A stretch of 64,000 bases of DNA from Macrostomum lignano (taxonomy: Eukaryota), in the NCBI GenBank assembly GCA_002269645.1, contig NIVC01000550.1:1-64000 (forward strand), in the 5' to 3' direction. Positions within the stretch are counted from its first letter, which is position 1; the number at the start of each line of letters is the position of its first letter. This document shows, piece by piece, positions 24,313-35,470 of this stretch. Below the pieces are notes generated by a model. The model was not told the origin of the DNA and did not search any database. It worked only from the letters and a program-made list of their open reading frames with translations. The translations under genes were made by a program, and so were the position numbers.

Positions 24313-24451
24313 GCAGCAAGCATGAAATGTTTGGCAGGAAAGGAGCTGCAATTCTGCGCTTCACTGGCCATAGACTACCAATTTTTTTCTCGTCACCTTC
24401 TATTCTATGGCTATGGTCAGCTCTGCTAGCCACCCGGCATCTAAGGGTTAA

Positions 24452-25300
24452 CACCAATTCCTTCTTCCCTTTTAAAAATCACCTTATTCATATAAAATTG
24501 TCACAGACAATTTGTTATGCTATTTGCTATGAATCTCTTTTTTAAATTAACAAAAGACAACAAAATATAGCTTTCACAAAGATAACAGACATTCCCGCTA
24601 AATAGAAAATATTCCCAATACAGCAAGCATCTCTTCAGATAGCAAGCACACCCCTCCAAAAGTAAGCAATCACAGATAGCAAGCATCCCCTAATACTCGT
24701 AGCAAGCATCTACCCAGATAGCAAGCATCCACCCAGATAGCAGGCATCCACCCAGATAGCAAGCATCCACCTAGATAGCAAGCATCCACCCAGATAACAA
24801 GCATCTACCCAGATAGCAGGCATCCACCCAGATAGCAAGCATCTACCCAGATAGCAAGCATCTACTCAAATAGCAAACATCCACCCAGATAGCTTACAAG
24901 CATCCTCCAAATATTATAGAAGCATCCACCTAGATAGCAAGCATCCACCTAGATAGCAAGCATCCACCTAGATAGCAAGCATCCACCTAGATAGCAAGCA
25001 TCCACCCAGATGGCAAGCATCGTGCAGATGGCAAGCATCCCCAGATATTGTAGAAGCATCCACCTAAATAGCAAGCATCTTGCAGATAGCAAGCATCCTA
25101 CAGATAGCAAGAATCTCTAATAGCAAGCACATACATGTGCAACAGTCAGCCAAGTCGGCCAATCCAGCCGACCAATTTGGTGGCCAACCAAGGAAGTCGC
25201 AAAAATGCCCACCCAAAAAAATACCAAAGTAGTAGTACTAAGTAGCTGATGAGGCATTTTGACTTAATAAGACAGTTATAGTTACTCCTGCCGTTTACCC
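24452..25300 (-). mobile_element. Non-autonomous repeat family X, 5' part (its 3' part is 19622-19703, split off by the piggyBac insertion)
   Basis: Read on the minus strand: 28S-like terminus, 19-bp tandem repeats, an AT-rich body shared with 7130-7310, then after the insertion a hairpin GGGTGCCCCGAAAGGGAGGCC followed by GCACTAG. This resembles a Helitron-type 3' end, but the class is uncertain. Confidence 0.6.
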
Positions 25301-25479
25301 AAAGTTGCGTTAATTTTGCGTTAGGGTTTTTTACATGTAAGTCGCTTTTTTTGGCCAAAAACTACGTCACATTTTTGTTAAAACTAAGTCGCATGGCCAA
25401 CCGAATTTTGGAGGTTGCGCATGTATGAGCAAGCATCCCTGGATAGAAAAAATCCCATACATATAGCCAAGCTTATCAA

Positions 25480-26280
25480 GTGTAGTGCAATAATCCTTTG
25501 TTTGCCATGTGCAGTAATCCTTGGTTTATCAAGTGCAGTAATCCCTGGTTTATCAAGCGCAGTAATCCTTAGCTTATCAAGTGTAGTAATCCTTGGTTTA
25601 TCAAGTGCAGTAATCCTTGGTCTATCAAGTGCAGTAATCTGTGGCTTATCAAGTGCAATAATCCTTGGCTTATCAAGTGCAGTAATCCTTGGTTTATCAA
25701 GTACAATAATCTATGGCTTATCAAGTGCAATAATCCTTGGCTTATCAAGTGCAGTAATCCCTGGTTTATCAAGCGCAGTAATCCTTAGCTTATCAAGTGT
25801 AGTAATCCTTGGTTTATCAAGTGCAGTAATCCTTGGTCTATCAAGTGCAGTAATCCCTGGTTTATCAAGTACAATAATCTATGGCTTATCAAGTGCAATA
25901 ATCCTTGGCTTATTAAGTGCAATAATCATTGGCTTATCAAGTGCAGTAATCCTTGGTTTATCAAGTGCAATAATCTGTGGCTTATCAAGTGCAATAATCC
26001 TTGGCTTATCAAGTGCAATAATCCTTGGCTTATCAAGTGCAATAATCCTTCGTTTATCAAGTGCAATAATCTGTGGCTTATTAAGTGCAATAATCCTTGG
26101 CTTATCAAGTACAATAATCCTTGACTTATCAAGTGCAATAATCCTTGGTTTATCAAGTGCAGTAATCCTTGGTTTATTAAGTATAGTAATCATTGGCTTA
26201 TTAAGTACAGTAATCCTTAGTTTATCAAGTGCAATAATCTTTGGCTTATCAAGTGCAATAATCCTTGGTTTATCAAGTAA
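25480..26280. repeat. 24-bp minisatellite (TTATCAAGTGCAGTAATCCTTGGT)
   Basis: About 33 tandem copies are visible. Confidence 0.95.
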
Positions 26281-27880
26281 TAATCCAGTCTTTTTAATTA
26301 GTCTTTCAATAAAAGCTTTCAATAAAAAATTATTTTTTTTTATTTCACACTACTAATTTTATGCTACTAATATTTATAAATTAATTTGTAGCACTTATAA
26401 TTCAATACTCACACTAAGTCAATTGAGTAAAAGTCACACAAAGTAGTTATGACATTATCAATTTCTTAGGCAAGTCAGTACCAGTGTCTATTAAAGTTAG
26501 CAATATGGTTACATAATATAAATTAAGAATATATTGCACTATGCTTCCACACTATGCTTTTGATACTGTGATGCAATTCAATTCAGTGTCAAAATTTAGC
26601 TAGTATACAGACAATAAATAAAAAGCCTATTGCGATGCAATCTATTTTAGTATCAAAATTCAACTAATGAGTTTTTTTCTAGCATTTTTATAATACATTT
26701 AAAGTCAAAAGAGCTGCTTCAACTTTGCAAAAAAGCATGTTTTTTGAATATTTAATCCCTTTAGCATTGAGAAATTTCTTAGCCACAATGCATGTACCAT
26801 CATGGAAAAATTTCTAATTGAATGGTGCAAGTTCAAACAAAATTGGCTGAGCCATTTTTGCTAAAATTGTTTATGCACAAACATACATACATAGCAGATT
26901 TTCATTTTTGGATTTTTTTGGATATGGATTTTAGTTCAATAGGCTAATTAACAATTCAAATACTTTTTCAAATTATGGTTTCTTTTTTGTTAAACTAAAA
27001 TGAAATTTAAAGTAAAAAAATTAAAAACAATGTGTATTAGGAATTAAAAATTTAAAGCAATTAGGTCTCCGGAAAAAATAGATTTTGTAGGCCTAATATC
27101 TAATTGCTGACTCAGAGATTCTAATGTATACAATATTTGGTCTATTATAGCATAGGCCTGGAATTTCTACATATATTTGATGCACTTAGATTGGTAAAAC
27201 ACTTTTAAACAAGTTAAACATATGCATATACACTGTACTGTACACATTTGTCTACCACTAACTTAAATCAAATCATTACTGGACATTAGGTCTATAGGCC
27301 TAAGCCTTAGCAATCCTTATATTATAATTATATTACAATTATATAAAAAATAATTAGGCCAATTGTTAATATTTTCAAAAAATAACTTAATGTGCGAAAC
27401 TACAGGATAGCTGCAAAAAATGGCTTATTGTCAACAGAAAAAGCATTCTGCTAGGTTATATGAGAAAGGCTGATTGAGTGGTCACTGGTCAGATTGTCAT
27501 ATTCCACTTCGTCATATCGGATGACAAAGTGACTAGAAGATTGTGTTATGGTAGAGATGGAGTTCCACTTAAATCCTGAAACTATCCCAAGGACATGGTT
27601 TTGTATGTCAGCTAGTAACTTTTGTAGCTAGTAGTAGTAGTAGTAGTAGTAAGTTGGCTCAGGCAAGAAGCCTGTTTGGCCAATATATTTCTGTGTATTT
27701 AAGATTACTTCAGGAATAGGAGACAAAATTTTAGCACTAGTTATTTAATTACGATTAGTACGAGTTTTGCAATATGGTATTTGAAAGAATGCGGAAATGT
27801 TATTGACAAAACTTGGACAACTAACGAAGCGAAAGAAAAAGCAAGGAGTTAAAAAAAGTATTGCGTGAAATTTATGTATG

Positions 27881-29136
27881 TGAAGTGAGCACTAGTTTAG
27901 TGTTAGGTGCCCCCTTTGTCAGCTGTGCCCTGCGCCCTTCTGAGCTGTTGGCTGCCGCTGGCCGCAGCTCTCCCTCTCGCTCTCCCTCTCTCCCTCCCCC
28001 TCTCTCCCTCTCCTGCTCCCTTCTCTCCCTTTCCCTCCCTCGTTGTCCTTTTGTCTGCCTGCGCTCCCTTTTGTCCCCCTTTTTCCGGTTCGTTTGCGTT
28101 CCCATCGTCTGAGCTTCTCCGCTCAGCCTGTCCTTGATTCTTTGTCTGTCTCCATCCCTCCCCCTTTCTGTATGGCTGTGTTCTCTTGGCTCGAGTCCAG
28201 CCAGTTCTGGCTGTACTCTCTCTGTCCGGCCTGTACGGTAGCGGATCACGTGCCCCGGCACTCTGTCCTTTTCTTGCGCAGCCTTGTGCAATCCTGAGTG
28301 TCAGTCTCTAAATTAGGAATAGCATCCTTGCCTCTCTGGCGGGGGCTCCAAACTTGTTTCTAAAAATAGAACAGAATCATGCCAGATTGGGGACAGTGAG
28401 AGCGGCCTTGCGCACTCTGCCGCAATGGGGTGTTGCACTGTATGGTGAAATCGATCCGCTACCCTATATGTACGGGCTTCTCGTGCCTATGTTTGGCAAC
28501 CTGCCTTTTTTCGATTCAACCCGTCTACCCATCTCTTAACTTTCTGCAACTTTGCTAAGTTGTAAGTCCAACGCACCTTGCGCTAGTCCTTCGCCAACTT
28601 GTCTGTCTTCTGATCTATCTTCGACTATCAAAAGTCGGACTGCGTGTCTGAGTGAGTGCGGAACTCCCGACAGAACTAACCGATAACTAGCACAGTTCCT
28701 CATCCCCGCACTTGAGCCCGGCAGGAACTGCTGACAAGGTGTGCACTGGTGTGAGCTGTCAAATCTGCACAGCGTGCTGAGTTCTCGTGTCTCGTTTTTT
28801 CGCTAAGCCCGGAGTCTTCCTCATCGAAGGACAAGATCCGAGCGAGCTGGTGGCAGCACTACCAACGCTACTAAGAATTGCTAGAAGGCTTCCTGGGAGA
28901 GTCTACCAAGAGCTCAAAGTAGGCAGCTCATGTGACTAACAGGGAAGTAGCCGGAACCAAATACTTCATTGGTGGCAGCGGTGGGATTCAAAGACCTACC
29001 CGGCCACCTCAAGGCAACCCCGAGAGACCAACAAATACTTCATTAGTGGCAGCGGTAGGATTCCAAGACCTATGGCTATAAGAAATAAGAATAAGAATAA
29101 GAATAAGAATAAGAAACCACCAACAACAATACATCA
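27881..29136 (+). repeat. 5' LTR (1256 bp)
   Basis: Homologous to 37182-38311 up to CAATACATCA and followed by the PBS. Confidence 0.9.
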
Positions 29137-29137
29137 T

Positions 29138-29155
29138 TGGTGGCAGCGGTGGGAT
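29138..29155 (+). promoter_or_regulatory. Primer-binding site complementary to the tRNA-Leu 3' end
   Basis: TGGTGGCAGCGGTGGGAT is the reverse complement of ATCCCACCGCTGCCACCA, the known 3' end of tRNA-Leu(AAG/UAG) with CCA. Confidence 0.8.
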
Positions 29156-29219
29156 CCGACTTCGAAACACCCAAGCCAACCGCCCTTTTTCGAGAACGAC
29201 TCTTCAGTCAGCTACGAGA

Positions 29220-30296
29220 TCAGCATGTTTAACGAGCGAGACGAGAGCCGGAGTAGCAGCCGGCTGGATCAGTACATCAGCAGTTCGAGGCCTACGGCAG
29301 CAGACGAAGCCGCGGCAGCAGGAATGACCGGTGACTTCTGTCAGAGGCCCGCACCGAGGCGAAGCGTACGAAGCAAGGTGTCCGAGGACCTGCCCGATGA
29401 GCTTCTGCGAGGCTTGGATGACCTTGGCCAGACTGTCAGACCATTGGACCTGAGGACCATGATGGCAGCTCTGCAGCAGCAAATAGAGCGACCGGTGAGT
29501 AAACAGATTAGGATTGTTAAATTTACTCCAAGTCAGGACATTCATGTCTGGCTTGCCGCGTTTGAGCAGCGTTGCGAGATGGAGTGAGTCGTCAACCAAT
29601 TCAAGATGAAGCAGCACCTCATTGCGAGTCTAGATCTGTCTACTGCATATCCAGCCCTGCTCAGCATGCATCTGCCAAGGTTCGCCAGCTACGAGGAGGT
29701 TAAGCAGCATTTAATCGAGTGATTTGCGTGCCACGGTGGCGCTGATGAGTATCAAGAGCTTCTAAGGAGGCATCAGCAAGGCAAGAATGAGACCATAGAA
29801 GAGTATGCTGACTCGCTGCGCACACTAGGGGAGCGTGCATACCCGAGGATGCACCCCGAGGACCGCGAGAAGGAGCTGGCTGATCAGTTCCTTGCCAGCC
29901 TACGAACAACCCCAGATTTGTGAGAACGACTGTATTGGGTGCGCCCAAACAACTTGCTGGCTGCAATTCGAGAGCTGCACCGTCTAGAAGGTGCCAGAGA
30001 GCTGGCTCAGCACTCCGCTCAACCCCCCGGTTAGGATGTTGGACGGGGAGCAGGACGCTCGCCCGATACCAGACGCCACTGCCCAAGCCCTATTGGCTTT
30101 GACTGAAGTACTCGAGAAGCAGCAGAATCTGCTCAGCGACTTGGCTCAGCGTGATCAGCAGCAGCAGACGAGCCCGCCGACGAAGGCTATGATCTGCTAT
30201 GGCTGTGGTCAACCCGGCCATCGTAACGCCCAATGCCCGCTCTGCCAGAACCAGGGAAATGGCCAGCCGGAGAGCGCCCACGGCACCGCCCTCTGA
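29220..30296 (+). pseudogene. Gypsy gag with zinc knuckle, disrupted
   Basis: DIHVWLAAFEQRC, QGKNETIEEYADSLRTLGERAYP, and CYGCGQPGHRNAQCP (CX2CX4HX4C, ~30194-30238). Several TGA stops and a frameshift. Confidence 0.8.
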
Positions 30297-30439
30297 AGAG
30301 CCCAAGCGCCGGCTACTTGGCAGACTCCGAGAGGTCACGAGAAGAAGAGGATGTTGGCTGCGCAGGCGCAAATGCCCAGTCCGACAGTCGCTCGTCAGTA
30401 AGTGGCGCGGAGCCCGGAGGTTTCGTGGACACCTCCGAT

Positions 30440-33400
30440 GATCAAAAAATCCATGTGCGTGAGGCCGATCCGTACGTCACAGGTCGAGTTGCGAGTCGAG
30501 AGGTCGCTTTCCTGCTAGACAGCGGCAGTAGGAAAAACTTTCTTGGTTCGTCAACCTGGGCCACTATTAGACGCCGGATGCCTTGGTGTATCATATCGCA
30601 TGCTATCCCAGATCGTGTTACCATGTACGACGGTACACAACTACCCCTTGCTTGCAAGGTGATCATCCCGGTGGAGTTTGGTGATGTCGTCGTGGACACC
30701 GAATTTTTCGTCATGGTCACTTGGTTGTAAATTTACTTGGTGTATCTTTCATGCGTGAACATTGCCAAAACTTGGACTTCGCTCAAGGAATGCTAAAGTT
30801 CAACAATGGCGCGTGCATTCTCATTCGCTATCCGCGCCGTGAGCTTCAATCATGCTGGGTGTACACCTCCGAGAAGTGCACTCCGCCGCCGAGAAGCTCA
30901 GCGCTACTGGCTGTCCAGTTGGATGTCGGCCACCCCAAGAATTGAGGATTGCCATCAATTGTTGAGCTGGTGAAGTTGAGACTGCACCCCAGCTGCAACA
31001 CTCTGGAAGCAGCTCCAGCTCTGATGACTATGCCTGAAGGTCGAGGCTACATTGAGGTCGTCAACACTGCTGACTGTGAGGTGTTCCTGCAGTCGGGCAT
31101 CCGCGTTGGTGTTGCAACACCACTTATAACTGCCAACCTGATGTACCTAGAAGAGATGCCGGAACCTGAAGTTCGACATTTGCCAAGGAGCCCTGCAGAG
31201 CCCAGCACAGCTTGGCTAGAGGAAGTCAAGATTAACAGCAAACTGTCCAAAGATCAACGACAGAGAGTGCGAAATCTACTAGTTGAGTGTCAAGCAGCCT
31301 TCTCGAAGCATCTGCTAGACACTGGCCTGACACACCTGGTGACCCACAAGATCATCCTGAAGGATCGGATACCAGTCGCGTTACCACCATGCAGAATCCC
31401 GCCTCATCTGAAGGACAAGTTAGACGCCCTGCTAGACGAGATGCTGGCGAAGCACATCATTCGCCCAGCATATTCTAGTTACAACTCGCCAATGCTGATA
31501 GTGCCCAAGAAGGACGGCAACATCTGGCTGGTGCACGACTTCAGGCTCTCAATGACAAATGCGTATACCACCCGTACCCGCTGCCGCACATTCAGCAGAC
31601 CTTCGCGAAGATGCGTGGTGCTCAGTGGTACTCTAGCTTGGATCTTGCTCAAGGATTCTGGCAGATCCCGCTGCGCGACTGCGATTAGCACCTGACGGCA
31701 TTCTCTGTGATTGACCGCGGACAATTCTGTTTTAATGTTCTACTGATGGGTCTCCACGATAGTCCAGGGAGCTTTCAGCGTTGCATCAATAAGCTCCTGG
31801 ACGGCCTGATGCCAAAGACTGCGCTTGGCTACATGGATGACATTGTGGTGCACTCCGTGACCTTCGAGGAGCAGCTGGACAACCTGCAGACTGTACTCCA
31901 GTGGATTATCGCAGCCAACCTCAAAATCAAGACGAAAAAGTGCCATTTGTTCCTCAAGGAGCTGCATTATCTAGGTCACGTCGTGACTCCCGACAGCCTG
32001 AAGACCTGTGAGGACAAGATTGCGCAGATCCGTGATTGGCCCGTGCCGCAGTCTGTTACTCAACTGAGACAATTCCTAGGCCTCGCCAATTACTACCACA
32101 AGTTTGTCAACGGCTACGCTGGATATGCTGCGCCGCTGCTTGCCCTGACTCGAAAGGACATCGGCAGCCTGCGGCAGCATTGGACTGATGAGCACCAGGT
32201 AGCATTCGACACGTTGAAGAAGAAGTTGTGTTCGACTGAAGTTCTTGCTCTGCCTGAGTTTAACTCAGATCCTGATGTGAAATTTGTCCTAGACACTGAT
32301 GCCTCAGACATTCGCATAGGCGCTTGTCTTGGACAACGGCAATCCGACGGCGTCGAGCGCCCAATTGCATTCTTTAGCCAGAAACTTCGTGATCCTGAAA
32401 AGCGCTACATGGTTACGAAGAAAGAGCTGCTTGCAATCGTGGACGCTATGCGACATTTCCGTCATTATTTAATTGGCAAGAAGTTTGAAGTTCATTCTGA
32501 CCATTGAGCCTAGCTGTGGCTGCTGAACCAGATGCAGGTCACAGGCATCTTGGGCCGTTGGATTGAGCGACTGAGCGAGTTCTGCTTCCAGCTTCACCAT
32601 TGCAAAGGCAAGGACCATGCCAACACTGACGCCCTGTCAAGATGCCCGGAGACACCACTGGTCGACTTTGAGCACGGCCGACTGCTTGAGCATCCCGATT
32701 CTGCAGCCCGACACGATGATGACACCAGCTTGGAGCCGGACTTGGACACCACTTGGAAGGCCACTGCAAGACCAGCCCTTTCGAAGAAGGTCCGCACTCG
32801 CAACAAGGAGGCCAAGACTGCCCTGGCCGAAGCCCTGAAGGCCACCGCGCCAGCAGCCCTTCAGCACGACGACCATCGCCGCAGTCAACGCCAAGAGACC
32901 GGTCTGGACAGGAACCCGGAGGCCACTGACACCTCAGCCCTCCGCAGCGACGCCCATGCTAACTGCCGATACTTGGAGATTCGCCCAGATGAAGCCTTGG
33001 AGGCCCCTGCTGACGTAGACCTCCTTGACAATGTCCAAGACTGCAGATCTCGGGACATGGAGACGCCCATGGACCACGACTCAGAGGCCACTGAACAAGC
33101 AGCCCTCCTGATGATGGCCCACAGTGCAGATCCAGATCAGCAATGTAACTGCAAACCCCCGAAGTTTTGCGCTGAGAGTTCTCGCCGTGTTGACAGAGGC
33201 CAGACTCTCGCGACGGCAGCAAGGTCAATGCTCTGTCCCCCGAGCCAACAGACAGCTGCTCATCGCCTGTGTGGATAGTCGAGTCCCCCATTGCGACACC
33301 GCCCAATGCAGGAGAAAACTCACCCAATGTTGACGATTTTGGAGCCGACAGCTACGGCTGCCTGCGACGGGGCGTGCTTCGTGTTGCGTCTCGCCCTACA

Positions 33401-35470
33401 GCCAAGAGTTGCCTGGGCTGTGCAGCGGAGGCAAGTGCACTGCTCCAGCTGCAGAAATTCCTGTCAAGAGACCGACGATGAGAACTTCAAAACGAGATCA
33501 GCGATTGTACGCCGACGTTGTGAGACAAAGTCCCTCGGAGCGACCTAATCCTGACGCCGACAAGACGGAGTCGCGTGATCAACTGCAAGCGACCGAAGCG
33601 GAGACTGCGGGAGTCATGACCCCTCAGCCATGCCGCGCTGTGCTCATGGATTTTCTGAGGTTGCTGATGACGCGGCAACAGTTTGTCGATGCGCAGCATG
33701 CCGACCGAGCTATCAGCTACGTGTTCAACTTGGTCGAGAACAAAGCCCCGAAGCCCGAGTTTGACGCCCGGTTGCGGCTGACGAAGGAGCAGCGGAACCT
33801 GCTCCGATATTACGAGAATCTGCGAGAGGACGATGGCCTGCTGATGATTGACCTGACTGATGGCCAGCAGTCCCCAAAGGTTGTCCTGCCCGAAGCCCTC
33901 GATGCCCAGGTGCTCCAGGAGCTCCACAGTTCGCCACTGTGTGGACACCTAGGCCAGACAAAAACGCTGAAATGACTGCGAGAACGATTCTGGCGGCCCG
34001 GATTAGCCCGTGTCACCGAGAATTTTATCAGCAGATGCCGGGCCTGTCTCGAAAGCAAATCGCGAAGGCGAGACAAAGTTCCAGTTCAAAGCTTCCCAGT
34101 CTGCGAAGTGCTAGGAAGAGTACATTGCGATGTAGTAGGCCCTATTGCCCAGAAGAGCAAGAGCGGGAACCGCTACATATTGACCTTGTGCGACGCGACG
34201 TTGAAGTACCCGTTCGCCTATCCTATGAGGAACCAGAAAGCCAAGACTGTCATCAAGATCCTGTAGGAGCGCTTGATCCCTGACTTTGGTGTACCCTGCT
34301 GGATACACACTGATCAAGGCACCAACTTTACCGGCTCCGCCTTCAAGAAGTTCTGCAACCTGTTTGGCATTCAACATACTACAACAACACTGTACAACCC
34401 AGCTTCCAATGGTCAAGTCGAGAACCTCAACAAGCAGCTGAAGAGCGTTCTCACCTGCCTCCTCGAGCGAAACCACAATGACTGGGACACCTTCCTTCCA
34501 GCCTGCCTGATGGCTCTCTGCTCCAGTGTACACCCGGTGACAGGATTCATGCCCCACTACCTGGTGTTCGGCCGTGACTTCCGACTGCCGATCGACAACG
34601 CGCTGAAGAAGCTGCCCAAGTATGTCAAGGACTTCCAACGCCGTCTCGACAATGCCACCGAGCTAGCCAAGGATCGTCTGCATCTCCATCAGCAACTGCG
34701 AGACGAGCACTACTCTAACCTGCCGAAGGCCAAGAAGCTCAAGCCCAGTGATTTGGTTTTCCTCAACAACCCGGTGCTCAAACTGGACGAGGCGGCGAAG
34801 TTTCATTGACCCCACAAAGCACTCTACAAAGTCGTAGAACCCAAAGGCGAGGTGGTCTACAAAATTCGCCGTAGACTACCCAATCCGCAAGCCCGATGGG
34901 ATGAACTTGTTGTTCATCGCCGCAACCTGCTCCACGTTCCTGACGCTGACTACACGATGATTTCAGATCCCAAAGTCGAGAAGGCGAAGAAGCGCAGACG
35001 GCAGCCAGATGATCCTGACGGTGCAGGACCTGCGACCCTGCCACCGGTTCCTGAAGACGAGCTCGAAGATCCCGATGACGATGAGGATGATGACGTGAGG
35101 CTGGCTCTTTGGTGGTATTTCCGGTCTCTGGCGATCCCGGAGGTGCAGCCAGGAGGTGGACTGATCACGACACCAGCGAACCAGGCAAGTGCACTTCGGC
35201 GTGAGCCAGTGCCATATGGTGAATGCCACTTGCATGAGCCTGTTTCAAATGCATCTGTGCCTGCTGCTTCTTTTTGCCCGTCCATGTCACTACTCCCCCC
35301 GAACCTTTTCCTGTGGTACAGTCTCGTGTACCATCGCCATGCACCATTCCGGTGGAAGTGCTTGTAGAGCCTGCAGATTTAGGTAGGCCAGCTAGGGACC
35401 GTAGGCCTCCAGAGAGGCTTCTTATTAGCGATACTAGGCCGCAAACGTATGCTAGTCGCACCGCCCGCAT
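30440..35470 (+). pseudogene. Gypsy pol (protease, RT, RNase H, integrase), multiple stops and frameshifts
   Basis: PR: FLLDSGS. RT: PPCRIP, SSYNSPMLIVPKKDG, GYMDDIVV. RH: VLDTDASDIRIGACLGQ, KELLAIV, HSDH. IN: HSSPLCGHLG, HCDVVGP, HTDQGTNF, GQVENLNKQLK. C-terminal RPARDRRPPERL. Confidence 0.9.

Larger units (their letters stand above)
19708..24447 (+). mobile_element. Composite piggyBac-type unit with TTAA target duplication
   Basis: TTAA at 19704-19707 and 24448-24451. Subterminal inverted repeat TGCCGGCATGGTCAGCAGAGCTGACCATAG (~19748-19777) pairs with CTATGGTCAGCTCTGCTAGCCACCCGGCA (~24411-24439). The two flanks rejoin to match the uninterrupted paralog at 7260-7380. Confidence 0.75.

Noticed and set aside
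25238-25300. Annotation as an rRNA gene
   Set aside because: Only ~63 nt at ~79% identity to the most conserved 28S segment, with no flanking rDNA. Reported instead as a captured fragment.
25415-26356. 313-aa SSAIILGL-repeat ORF and antisense ORFs
   Set aside because: Artefact of a 24-bp minisatellite, with no domain or flanking gene structure.
28970-28989. tRNA gene
   Set aside because: Only the reverse complement of a tRNA 3' end including CCA, so a PBS-type sequence rather than a cloverleaf gene.
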